A DNA stretch of 64,000 nt from Clostridiales bacterium (GCA_022508285.1 JAFLVN010000007.1:999-64998); one strand, 5' to 3'. Positions 21,888 through 31,276 are shown, numbered from the stretch's first letter. Notes: generated by a model not told the origin, from the letters alone. A program made the numbers and translations.

Positions 21888-24800
21888 TTAATTGAAAATG
21901 AACGAACCGTTGATATACGTATTCACGCTTTCGCCCACTTGCATAATTACGTTGTTTCCAATCATTATGTTGAACGAGGCGACAACGTTCCAAGTGGTAT
22001 ATTCTTTGGCACCGTTGCTCCTTGACATTTCGGCAGGTTTGAACTCTGCATAGCAGCTTCCGTCTGTCGGCGAAATTTTTTCGGAATAGTGGTCGCAAGG
22101 CAGTACCCCCGAATGTCTGCCTATTGTCGCGTCATTATACTCCTGTTCAGTGTAGTATTGCGGGGCAGGGTCGTCGAACGTGAGGTATACACGGTAATTT
22201 ACGCCACTTAAAGTCAACTGCTGCTTGAGGCTTGAAATTGTTTCAAATTCATAAACGATGTCAACGTTGATACGGAAAGTATAGTAATAAGATTTAAATA
22301 TCGAACCACTAGTCCTCTCCGTTCTCGTAGTGTCTCCTACCGTTACTATACGGAAGTTAAACCAAATTGCGTGCAATTCTATGGTGTCGAGATAGCCGAG
22401 ATTTTCTATCGTGCGCAGGTCGGAAATCACTATCCACGTACCGTCTGCCTTCTGATAGCCCCATCCCACGCAGTTATAATCTGCACTGTATGCAGTTTCG
22501 GGTCTGCCGTAAGAATGTGACAGGAATAATTCGGTACGCTCGTAAACTTGACTGTCGTAGCCGTCAGTCCAACTGCTCAATCTGCTACTATTGAACTTAA
22601 ATGCGCTGTAATATACTACTTTAAGCTCGGTTTTTACGTATCTTGCACAAACGCTGTATGTGTCGTTACCCTCGTAAACGGGGTCAAGCCATACAAGCGA
22701 ATATCCTTCTATAGTGTAATCTTCGGTATCGGGATAATTAAGTACCGAATATATGCTGTTGGTGGTCGTGTTGACAAGGGCATACTGCGTGTCGGTTGAA
22801 ACGTAGATTTCGCCGGCATCGTCTTCAATACCGCTCTTGACGTTGTAATTTATTGTTACGTCTTTGAACCGCACGGTCGAAGTCATCACGCCGGAGTTGT
22901 TGAATATCAACTCGATATATCCTGCGCCCGATTCGGAAGCAAGCCTATCCCAATCGAGTTTTTCAATAATCTCCTCGTCGGTCATATTGTTGAGTGCATT
23001 GCGAACAGTCGCACCGGGATCATTCGCCAATACCTCAGCAGCAGCCGCTTCTTTATTTACGTTTGTAAAGCTGTTCCAATCCTCTTGAGGATTCCGCCAG
23101 TTAAGGGTTGCGTTAAAGCTTAATACCGAGAACAGCGAACCGCCTATGCCGAGACCGTTTACAATGTATCCGCCGGCGCTGTCCTTTACGGCGTCGAACG
23201 TTGCCGTTATGTCGCCGATGGATATTCCCGAAAGCTCGGAAAGCCCTTTGCCGTTTATCACCGCTTTCCACTGCGCCGTGCCTTTATTTGCGTTTTCTGT
23301 GAAGGTAAATGAATTGAAGAATTTGCCAAACTGCGTACCGTAGTCTTCCTTGATTTTGTCGTCGGACGACGTGGAGTTTCCGCCACGCATAGCGTTTGCT
23401 ATCGTGTCGCCGAAATTGAACATAAATACCATCTCTTCCATTATATCTTCCAAGAATATGTCAACCGGCATCGCACGATAGATGGTTATCGGATCAATTT
23501 TTTTGTTGGATAAAAATCCTGCTTTGGTTGTCTGAACTCTCTTGATATATACCATACCGTTCTTCACGGACAGGTCGACCGTGGTGTCACCGTTTATCAA
23601 CGTAACAATCGCATTGACACCCGAATAGTGAATACTTAAGTTTACTTGCACGTCGCCGTTTTCGTCTATAATTACCGACAATCCGTCGATATAGACGGTA
23701 ACGTTTAGCATCCCCAACGCCGAAAGCGTGATTTCGCCGTCAATGAAGAAGCTGTTGTTGAGAGAATATTTTTCAGGATTTTCTTCCGTGCGCTCCTCTT
23801 CGGGAATCTCGTGCGTTGCCGAGTCGATGAGCGCCTTAACAAGGCTGTCAAGGCCTTCAATACTCATATATCCCGAAAGGGAAGTTACCCTGTTTACGCC
23901 ACTGTACGCAAAGTCGATATTCAGGTCGTTTAGCGTATCCGTATCGTTTAACGCGGACTTATCTACGTAAAGATTTGTAAGTCTCGTTCCGCCGTGTTCA
24001 ACGATTTCCTCGCCATCGCCCGTAGTGTAAGTATATTTTTCCTTTGAAACCTTTGCCGTCGTTTCGCCTACGGTGAGTGACAAGGTAGTAGTATTGCCGT
24101 CTCTGTCAACGCCAAGCTTATCAATAACTCCGAAACGCTCCCTGCCAAAGCCCTCTTCGGAAACGGTCGCCGCAACAGCTTCACCCGCTTCGGGCAGTTC
24201 TTCGTTGCCGTCGGACTCTTCACCCGCAAGACTGTTTATAAGGTCGTTTATGAAATCGGATAAGCTGCTGCCCAAAGCAGATTCGATAATTCCATTGCCG
24301 AGAGACGTGAATCTCTCTTTCTCATTGCCGAAATATCTGTCAACCAGCATCACGTCTAAAATCGAGCCTACCTGCGTGATTATACCGTTGAGCTGGGGAA
24401 GAGCGTCTATTGAAATCGAGCCGACGTCAACAAGCGCAAGCCCTGCGGAGAGCACCGTCATCAGTTCGTTCATCGGTGCGTAAATTTTAACAGGTTCGCT
24501 CTTGCCGGTAACTCCCTTAACGTTTGCCTGATTATTGGATATTCTTGATACGGTCATATATATATCCAATTCGTTGTCGCCCGAGGTGAAAGCTGTAGAA
24601 GTCGTTTTGCCGTTTGAGTCAACCGTGGGATTGCCGTCAAAGATATATATATCGAACAGCACGCTGTCAACTTCGGGAAGCGTTGCCTCCATGTTTACGT
24701 ATAAGTGGAAGTACATATCGGGGGCAATCCAGAAGTCGGGAGCAATAGTTTCGCCCTCCTCCGTTTGTCCTTCGGGTACGAAATGTACGGGATAACCGCT

Positions 24801-27800
24801 TGCGCCCTGCTGATATTCTATACCCGCATCTATAATGTATTTAACGCCGTCTTTATTAGCGTAAGCCTCGTCGGTAGTAGTTACAGTACCGGTGAGATTA
24901 ATTTTGAAAGTATCCTTTACGAAAAGCTCTACCGTTGCCGCAACATAGTCGAGTATATCGGCTATATCCTGCGCATTGAGCGCCGCCACTTCAAAACCGA
25001 AGTCAGTTGTTTCGGTAGCAACAATACGAACGTCTTTAATTTCGAACGACACTCCTGCGGTCTGCACCGAGAGATTGAAACCGCCGTCTGCGCCGAACAG
25101 CATGAGAGTTACACCCATTACTTCAGCCGAGAACTTACCGTTCTTGAAGTTGAGTTCCAAAGAGTTAAGTATATCGGCTATGGAAGTACCGTCTTCACCG
25201 TCTTCGCCTTCAACCGTTTCGGCAAGCTCGGCAACGCCCTGAACGGTATTTATACCCGTCTTTATCCAATCGAGCAGCTCGTCAAGGCTGCCTAACTCGG
25301 GCAGAACAAGCTCGCCCTCAACGGTATTGTTTATGAGATCGGCAATCCTGTCATAGATTGAGAGAAGCGCACTTTCAAGCCCTTCGGCGTCCTCTTTGAT
25401 ATTTATATCTATGCCCGCACCGCCGTCGAGCGCACCGTATATTATTTTGAGCTCGCCCGTCTTTTCCACGTACTTTGCATAGAAGTCATGCTTGGATTTG
25501 TTTACCTCGAGCCTTGCGTCGAGCTGAAGCTCCAAGCCGTCCGCCCAACCAACGGAAAGTCCGTACAATGTGAGTTTTGCGGTAGTTGTGCCTACCTCAA
25601 TCGATATAGCTCCGCTAACCGTGAGCCCCTTATTGGTGATAATTTCCGTCACGTTATCGATAAGAGGAATCAGCTCCGCAACGTCCATTTCCTGACAGTT
25701 TGCAGGCATTTTAATAGCACTGTATGCGCCAACGCCCAAGCTTGCACCGGCAGAAGGTTTTTCTTCCGTGCCCTTTGATACGGTTATGCCTATCGAGCCA
25801 TTGTTGAGAATGAGCTCGGCTTTATATTCCTTTATCGATATTTCGAGGTTGCCGTTTTCATTCTTTTTAAAGCCGAGTTTACTAAGAATCGAGAATATAT
25901 CAAAGCCGCCGTTCTCGCCTTCGTCCTCTACGGCTTCGGAAAGCAGAGATATGATCTCTACGACGTCGGGGATTTCGGGAGTTTCGTCCTTTTTATCGTC
26001 TGCAGTAATCGCGTCAATCAGCGCCTTTATCGATTTCTTGAAACCGTCGTAGTTTTCTTTGTTTAAAACGACTGCAATATTATCGTAGTACAGCGCGGTT
26101 TTCTCAGAGCCGTACTCAAAGTATATGCTCTTTTCAAACGTATCGAAAGATACGGTAATCTTTGCCTGAACTTCTGCCGGACCGTTTTGCCAGCTTACGC
26201 CAAAATCTATCGTCACGGTCACGTCGCCGACTGTAACACTGCCGCTTAACGAAAGCCCGTTATCCTTTATATATTCGGCTATTTCCTGCACCGTGGACAT
26301 TATGTACTGAGCGTCGAAGTACTCGATATCGTAGTCGGGTGCTTCGGGAGCCTCGTATTCGGAAATGTGAGCGTTAGAAAGAGTAAGACTCCAATCGTCG
26401 CCGGCATATACTGCAGAAATTCCGAGTATACCGTCGTCCGCTTGCGTTTCGTCAATGAGTGAAATTTCAAAGCCGCCGACAGAGATTGTGATTAAAGAAT
26501 TTTCCGAACTGCCGATTTGCAGTGAGCTTATTATTGAAAGTAAATCTGTTTCTTCGCCGAGCGAGTCAATCAGATCGCCTATGATGCGCGCCGTTTCAAC
26601 CGACTTGCCGTCACCGTTCTGTGTGAACATACCCAGCACGATGCTGATCAACTCGTCGATATCGCCCTCGCCGAGCTCTATGCCGATGCTACCTATGCTT
26701 GCCCTTGCCGTACCGTTACCGTAGCTTATGCGTAAGGGTTCGACTATATCGCCCGCAGTGATAACTGCGTTGACGTCTAAAATCAAACCGTCGCTCCAAT
26801 CCACGGATAACAACTTGAGGTCAAGCACAACTTGTATGCCGTCGATATATAAGGAAAGAGTACCCTTTACAGACAGCTTTTTATCGATGATCGCACCTAC
26901 AAGTTTTCTGATTATGGGCATTAAATCCGAGGCGTCCTTGTAGTCGTCCGCTTCGAAAGTGAATTCTTCCGTGCCCGTTAAGGTTACGTTAAGCCCGAAA
27001 GCCGAAAGACCGATTGTTCCGCCATTTATACTTGCTTTTACTTCGCCGAGTTCAAATTCAACGCCGAGTTTTTCAAGGAGTGCAGTGCCGTCTAACGTTA
27101 TAACGGCTCCGTTCGTGCCTTCAAGGGAGAGCATAGAGGAAAGGCCGTCGTCCGCAAGAAGGAAGTTTATAACGTTACCTGTGCCGATTTTCTGCAATAT
27201 ATCCAACACGGTCTGCAAAATGTCGGTTTCCTCTGCCTTCGACGAGGTGTCGCCCGTGAGCTCTGCTATTATTTCGGCAGCTTCCTCGATATTCACCTTT
27301 AGCATAGCAGGCTGTGCGCCGTTTGACCCCAAGGTCAAATATACGGTATCGTCTGCATAGATGAGCGAAAGTTCTATACCTGCGTCCGTATCGCCGTCAA
27401 ACGTCAGTCGCAGGTCGGCTTTAACCTGAAGATTGTTGAGGTTTATAATCACCTCTCCCTCCGCTTCAACGCCGTAGCCGCTGAAAGAAAGCTCAATCTT
27501 GAGCGCCTCCGCCGAAGCAAGCGAGAAAATTCCGCTTACGTCTATCTCAACGTATTCCGCCTTCTCGCTTTCCGTGAGCGCTTTCACACCCGTATCGCTG
27601 AAACGGAGCTCTGCTGCAAAGTCTGAACCGAGAATGTTGCCGTCGGCTTTAACGTATTCTACCGTTACGGCTTTTTCCTCGGATATATTGAATTTGAAGT
27701 TAAGATTTAAGGTTACGTCTAAATCTATTCCGAGCAGCTCGCCGAGGTTTATCGAGGGCGTGAGCGTTGCCGAAAGTTTATCGTCGGCAATGGTAAAGTT

Positions 27801-29108
27801 CTCCTCGTCGCCGAGTGCGGCAAGCAGCTTATCCAAAATACCTTCTTCACCGTCGCCGTTTTCACCGCCGCCGTCTTCCGCCAACACTGCGGGTTCATTA
27901 GAAGTTAAAGCTGAAAGAGCTATTTTTGCTTTTACGTTATTGCCGTAGGATATGTAGAGATATTGCTCACCGTCCTCGACAGTCATATATATTTTGATAC
28001 CGCCCAAATCAACCCTTACATCGTTTTCGGGAATATTGAGCTGAACAATTCCGGAGTACTCTTCGCCGTCAACTTCGAGGTCGAGCGAAAGGCAAGTATC
28101 TTCAGTTAAGAAACCCGAGAATGCTTCCGCTAAACAGTATGCCGCGTCGATTACTTCGTCTTCGGGAGTCTCGTAGTCCTTTAAATAATTTTTGTAATAG
28201 TTTTCATATTCGGAGTTATAGCTGAGTTCCTCGTCGCCATAGGTATATTCGGTTGTACCTTCGGCAGTGCAACTTATTGCGCCTATACCGGTAATTGTTT
28301 TGTAAACTTCTTTTGTTTTTGAGGATAAAACCTGCCACGTGGAATCAAAAGTATAAGTTATGGAAACTTCGGAGAATTGAGGGTCCTCCTTCATCATTCC
28401 GCCCGCTTTATACGCCATCTCCGTTTTGTACCAGTAAGTGGCGTCGTTTTCCGCAGGTTCGGACGCATAATTCAAAACGAAGGTCTGCGTATATGTGCCG
28501 TCGCCGTTATCAATGACGTCGGAACAGTCCTTCACCGTGTTTTCGTTTAATATATATACCGAAAATTCAAGGGGGGGCAAACCCTTTTTTACCTTGTACT
28601 CCGAAATTGTATGTCCGTCGGGCTTATCGGTGCTCCAAGGGGTATTTATGGCGTTAAAGGTGCTTCTTCCGCCTTTGGAATTGCGGAACAGCACGACGTC
28701 TCCGCCCCTCACCTGGCAATATTGCACCGCTTTGTTCACGAGATTGCTTTTGCTTATATCCGTGGATATAAGTACCCCCTCGTAGTACTGCTTGTATGTA
28801 GAAACGTTTTGGTCGTCTGTGGAATTATCTACAAAGACGTGCGCCTCGGAATACCAATGATTCTGATGCTGTAACCGCCAGTTCATGTAACCTATATTTT
28901 CTATACCGGTGTGTGCGGTGGGGTCTCTGTCGTCGGGCAACTCGTAGCAGACTGTTTCAAATCCCAAATCTTCGCGAAACGGAATATTAGCCGGTCTGAA
29001 CAGCAGACCGACAATTACTGCGGCGGTAATCAGTATTGCCGCCACAAACGAAAGCACAGATATAAGAATTATCTTTTTCTTTTTGCTCATGTTACTTAAT
29101 TTACTCAT
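21888..29108 (-). CDS. Giant (2406 aa) N-terminally membrane-anchored, acidic, modular extracellular protein of unknown family
   Basis: Single uninterrupted 7.2-kb ORF. The N-terminus is KKKKIILISVLSFVAAILITAAVIVGLLF (one TM). At least five ~200-aa modules share a Y-G strand-turn plus a trailing helix. Near the C-terminus there is a Listeria/Bacteroides-type repeat-like segment (VGWGYQKADGTW...ELHAIW). Confidence 0.85.
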   Translation of the reverse strand: MSKLSNMSKKKKIILISVLSFVAAILITAAVIVGLLFRPANIPFREDLGFETVCYELPDDRDPTAHTGIENIGYMNWRLQHQNHWYSEAHVFVDNSTDDQNVSTYKQYYEGVLISTDISKSNLVNKAVQYCQVRGGDVVLFRNSKGGRSTFNAINTPWSTDKPDGHTISEYKVKKGLPPLEFSVYILNENTVKDCSDVIDNGDGTYTQTFVLNYASEPAENDATYWYKTEMAYKAGGMMKEDPQFSEVSITYTFDSTWQVLSSKTKEVYKTITGIGAISCTAEGTTEYTYGDEELSYNSEYENYYKNYLKDYETPEDEVIDAAYCLAEAFSGFLTEDTCLSLDLEVDGEEYSGIVQLNIPENDVRVDLGGIKIYMTVEDGEQYLYISYGNNVKAKIALSALTSNEPAVLAEDGGGENGDGEEGILDKLLAALGDEENFTIADDKLSATLTPSINLGELLGIDLDVTLNLNFKFNISEEKAVTVEYVKADGNILGSDFAAELRFSDTGVKALTESEKAEYVEIDVSGIFSLASAEALKIELSFSGYGVEAEGEVIINLNNLQVKADLRLTFDGDTDAGIELSLIYADDTVYLTLGSNGAQPAMLKVNIEEAAEIIAELTGDTSSKAEETDILQTVLDILQKIGTGNVINFLLADDGLSSMLSLEGTNGAVITLDGTALLEKLGVEFELGEVKASINGGTIGLSAFGLNVTLTGTEEFTFEADDYKDASDLMPIIRKLVGAIIDKKLSVKGTLSLYIDGIQVVLDLKLLSVDWSDGLILDVNAVITAGDIVEPLRISYGNGTARASIGSIGIELGEGDIDELISIVLGMFTQNGDGKSVETARIIGDLIDSLGEETDLLSIISSLQIGSSENSLITISVGGFEISLIDETQADDGILGISAVYAGDDWSLTLSNAHISEYEAPEAPDYDIEYFDAQYIMSTVQEIAEYIKDNGLSLSGSVTVGDVTVTIDFGVSWQNGPAEVQAKITVSFDTFEKSIYFEYGSEKTALYYDNIAVVLNKENYDGFKKSIKALIDAITADDKKDETPEIPDVVEIISLLSEAVEDEGENGGFDIFSILSKLGFKKNENGNLEISIKEYKAELILNNGSIGITVSKGTEEKPSAGASLGVGAYSAIKMPANCQEMDVAELIPLIDNVTEIITNKGLTVSGAISIEVGTTTAKLTLYGLSVGWADGLELQLDARLEVNKSKHDFYAKYVEKTGELKIIYGALDGGAGIDINIKEDAEGLESALLSIYDRIADLINNTVEGELVLPELGSLDELLDWIKTGINTVQGVAELAETVEGEDGEDGTSIADILNSLELNFKNGKFSAEVMGVTLMLFGADGGFNLSVQTAGVSFEIKDVRIVATETTDFGFEVAALNAQDIADILDYVAATVELFVKDTFKINLTGTVTTTDEAYANKDGVKYIIDAGIEYQQGASGYPVHFVPEGQTEEGETIAPDFWIAPDMYFHLYVNMEATLPEVDSVLFDIYIFDGNPTVDSNGKTTSTAFTSGDNELDIYMTVSRISNNQANVKGVTGKSEPVKIYAPMNELMTVLSAGLALVDVGSISIDALPQLNGIITQVGSILDVMLVDRYFGNEKERFTSLGNGIIESALGSSLSDFINDLINSLAGEESDGNEELPEAGEAVAATVSEEGFGRERFGVIDKLGVDRDGNTTTLSLTVGETTAKVSKEKYTYTTGDGEEIVEHGGTRLTNLYVDKSALNDTDTLNDLNIDFAYSGVNRVTSLSGYMSIEGLDSLVKALIDSATHEIPEEERTEENPEKYSLNNSFFIDGEITLSALGMLNVTVYIDGLSVIIDENGDVQVNLSIHYSGVNAIVTLINGDTTVDLSVKNGMVYIKRVQTTKAGFLSNKKIDPITIYRAMPVDIFLEDIMEEMVFMFNFGDTIANAMRGGNSTSSDDKIKEDYGTQFGKFFNSFTFTENANKGTAQWKAVINGKGLSELSGISIGDITATFDAVKDSAGGYIVNGLGIGGSLFSVLSFNATLNWRNPQEDWNSFTNVNKEAAAAEVLANDPGATVRNALNNMTDEEIIEKLDWDRLASESGAGYIELIFNNSGVMTSTVRFKDVTINYNVKSGIEDDAGEIYVSTDTQYALVNTTTNSIYSVLNYPDTEDYTIEGYSLVWLDPVYEGNDTYSVCARYVKTELKVVYYSAFKFNSSRLSSWTDGYDSQVYERTELFLSHSYGRPETAYSADYNCVGWGYQKADGTWIVISDLRTIENLGYLDTIELHAIWFNFRIVTVGDTTRTERTSGSIFKSYYYTFRINVDIVYEFETISSLKQQLTLSGVNYRVYLTFDDPAPQYYTEQEYNDATIGRHSGVLPCDHYSEKISPTDGSCYAEFKPAEMSRSNGAKEYTTWNVVASFNIMIGNNVIMQVGESVNTYINGSFIFN

Positions 29109-29391
29109 TTATCGTACCCGAACAAGGCTTTGAAACCTATATTCCTTATAGTATAATTGCGTATTATGACTACAGTATAAGGCTATTATGACAAAATGTC
29201 AACTGTGTAACATAATAATATGACATTTTTTTAAAATTTTATTGCACAGATTTTTGTTGAATGTCTATTAAAATGTAAAATCGACAAAATTTTACATTTT
29301 CCGAGCCCGCATAAAGCAATCATGTTGTCATAGAATTATATGACAATTGTCACGTCAATATTACCATACCCAAGCGCACCGTTTAAAGCAT

Positions 29392-29425
29392 AAAAAAAGG
29401 CAGGGGTCAGCCCTGCCTTTTTTTA
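29392..29425. terminator. Bidirectional intrinsic terminator
   Basis: AAAAAAAGGCAGGG-gtcag-CCCTGCCTTTTTTT just downstream of the stop of the small reverse-strand gene. Confidence 0.65.
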
Positions 29426-29444
29426 TGCTAATCACTATTTTTTA

Positions 29445-29756
29445 TTACCGCCTAACGTTGTTCATATCCCACTTGCCTTTACCGCTACCGTCATTTTTGT
29501 TGCCGCCGGCACTATTGTTTTTTTCTGCTTCTTCTTCCTTTTTCTGTTTCCACAGCTTATACAGCGAGCGGCCAGAAAGAAAAATAAACAGTGCGCCAAC
29601 CGCCAAAAACAGCCAAAAATTAATATCGTCGTTTCTAGACGGGTCGCCTCTGACGCCGAAAAATATAGCAATCCCCACGAGCACTACTGCGCAAACTAAA
29701 TTGAGAACGGCACTAATCAGTTTATACTTCGGATTCGGTTTATATTGATTATCCAT
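29445..29756 (-). CDS. Small two-TM membrane protein with a Lys/Glu/Gly-rich tail (hypothetical)
   Basis: 103 aa with two hydrophobic helices (LISAVLNLVCAVVLVGIAIFF, FWLFLAVGALFIFL). AAGGTG SD site 6 nt upstream and a terminator downstream. Confidence 0.55.
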   Translation of the reverse strand: MDNQYKPNPKYKLISAVLNLVCAVVLVGIAIFFGVRGDPSRNDDINFWLFLAVGALFIFLSGRSLYKLWKQKKEEEAEKNNSAGGNKNDGSGKGKWDMNNVRR

Positions 29757-29829
29757 AATTTCACCTTTATATCGGTATTATAACACTTGCCGCTAAACTT
29801 GTCAATGTATTTTACTTTTAGTCAAACGG

Positions 29830-29858
29830 TTGACATGCAAGCGCAATTAAATTAAAAT
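29830..29858 (+). promoter_or_regulatory. Sigma-A type promoter of the YggS homolog (near-leaderless geometry)
   Basis: TTGACA (29830-29835), 17 nt, TAAAAT (29853-29858). The ATG at 29860 is 1 nt away and the in-frame ATG at 29869 is 10 nt away. No SD site. Confidence 0.5.
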
Positions 29859-29859
29859 A

Positions 29860-30537
29860 ATGTGTGATATGATAGAAGAAAACGTAAAAAAGCTACTTTC
29901 GGAAGTGCCTAAAAATAATCCGTTCGGCGAGCCCGTAACGGTGATTGCGGCGGTGAAAACTCAAAACGTTACGGCAATTAACGAGGCTATTGCCGCAGGA
30001 ATTACACATATAGGCGACAACCACGTGCAGGAATTCAGGGATAAATTTGCCGAAATCTGCGGCAATCCCCGCCGCCACTTTATCGGGCATTTGCAGACGA
30101 ATAAAATTAAATATCTTTTGGGCAAATGCGATTTATATCAGTCGGTAGACAGGCTCCCCCTTGCCGAAGAACTCTCTAAAAAGAGCGCCGCCGCAGGCGT
30201 TACCTCGAACATACTTTTGCAGATTAACGCCGGCGACGAGGAGTCTAAGGGCGGCTTTTCCTTTGAAGAAATCTACAAAGCGTACGATTTAATTAAAAGT
30301 ATGCCAAACCTCGAAGTTCAGGGAATAATGGCTATGCTGCCCTTCACCGACGACCAAAAACTCCTTAAATCGCTTGCCGAAAACGTACGCAAAGTTTACG
30401 ACAGACTTAAGGCGCAAGACGGCAATATAAAATACCTTTCCATGGGAATGAGCGGCGACTGGAAGCTGTGCATAGAGTGCGGAAGCAACATGATCAGAGT
30501 AGGAACTACACTCTTCGGCGCAAGAAATTATAATTAA
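29860..30537 (+). CDS. yggS: YggS/YlmE-family pyridoxal-phosphate homeostasis protein
   Basis: VTVIAAVKTQ...HIGDNHVQEF...HFIGHLQTNKIKYL...IRVGTTLFG are family hallmarks. The functional start is probably the ATG at 29869 (MIEENVKK). Confidence 0.8.
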   Translation: MCDMIEENVKKLLSEVPKNNPFGEPVTVIAAVKTQNVTAINEAIAAGITHIGDNHVQEFRDKFAEICGNPRRHFIGHLQTNKIKYLLGKCDLYQSVDRLPLAEELSKKSAAAGVTSNILLQINAGDEESKGGFSFEEIYKAYDLIKSMPNLEVQGIMAMLPFTDDQKLLKSLAENVRKVYDRLKAQDGNIKYLSMGMSGDWKLCIECGSNMIRVGTTLFGARNYN

Positions 30538-30559
30538 GATAGAAAAACTTCAAAAAAGA

Positions 30560-30588
30560 GCGGCGCACCGTATTCAACGGTGCGCCGC
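30560..30588. terminator. Hairpin terminator (T-run on the reverse strand)
   Basis: GCGGCGCACCG-tattcaa-CGGTGCGCCGC. On the reverse strand it is followed by TCTTTTTTG. Confidence 0.6.
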
Positions 30589-30594
30589 TTAACG

Positions 30595-30831
30595 TTATTC
30601 TATATTTTCTCTTTTAAATAGCGGACTGTTAAAAAATTCATCAAGTCCTAATTCAAGTCCGTCTGCAAGTTCGTAAATTATTTTTAGATTTACCGACTTA
30701 TTCTTTTTCAGCCTTATGTCGCTTATTGTTGCTTGCGACACGCCGCTTAATTGTGAAAGTTTGTATTGCGTAATATTATGTTTACACAATAATTCTTCTA
30801 TGCGAGCCGCAATCGCATCTGCCAAATTCAT
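30595..30831 (-). CDS. XRE-family HTH regulator (paralog of 49270..49512)
   Basis: 78 aa. ITQYKLSQLSGVSQATISDIRLKK is the HTH and the C-terminus has FFNSPLF. Roughly 40 percent identity by eye to the 49270 protein. Confidence 0.85.
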   Translation of the reverse strand: MNLADAIAARIEELLCKHNITQYKLSQLSGVSQATISDIRLKKNKSVNLKIIYELADGLELGLDEFFNSPLFKRENIE

Positions 30832-30939
30832 AATATTTTAACCCCATGTATTATAAATATTATAAATCTGCATAAAATTTTTATACTACGGTATGTCGAA
30901 GTACTTGGCTTTTTCGTAGTAATTTGCTATTATAATGTT

Positions 30940-31140
30940 ATGAGCAAGATTAAAGAATTTTTTATAACGGTTTGGTGTTGCATAACCTTCCCATATAATT
31001 GGCTCATTTCAAGAAAATTTGAAAAAAAGTTTACCGAATATGTTGAAATGGACAAAAAGTCTATGATTACGGAAAAAGATTTGGAGTGTTTAAAAAGTTT
31101 AGGCGTTGAAATTCAGCCAGAACAAACGCCGACTGAATAA
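30940..31140 (+). CDS. Small single-TM protein (paralog of 48809..49036), unknown function
   Basis: 66 aa. IKEFFITVWCCITFPYNWLISRK...ITEKDLECLKSLGVE aligns with IKNFFITLWYYICLPFLWLSTRK...LTEKDVEFLRSIGVE of the other copy. It is divergent from an XRE gene in both loci. Confidence 0.6.
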   Translation: MSKIKEFFITVWCCITFPYNWLISRKFEKKFTEYVEMDKKSMITEKDLECLKSLGVEIQPEQTPTE

Positions 31141-31192
31141 AAAAGAGACCCGACTGAGCCACTTCCGTAATGAATCTATGAAATTCTTCTTA

Positions 31193-31221
31193 TTGACAAC
31201 GTCCGGTCTTCGTGATATTAT
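31193..31221 (+). promoter_or_regulatory. Sigma-A type promoter
   Basis: TTGACA (31193-31198), 17 nt, TATTAT (31216-31221), upstream of the ATG at 31277. Confidence 0.5.
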
Positions 31222-31276
31222 GATAATAGTAAAACCAAAATTAGCTATAAACAATGTAGACGGGAGGTTAAATGAT

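Noticed and set aside
29347-29748. 133-aa plus-strand ORF overlapping the small membrane protein gene
   Set aside because: Its sequence is Leu/Pro/Ser/Phe-rich and looks non-protein-like, and it has no SD site. The reverse-strand ORF has an AAGGTG SD site, two clean TM helices and a terminator.
30562-30572. 11-nt match (GGCGCACCGTA) between the terminator stem next to XRE copy A and the tRNA-Arg 3' end fragment next to XRE copy B
   Set aside because: It is tempting as an att-site remnant linking both modules to tRNA-Arg-targeted mobility. However, 11 nt inside a GC-rich palindromic terminator could be coincidence, and there is no integrase or longer flanking homology. It is worth a genome-wide check only.
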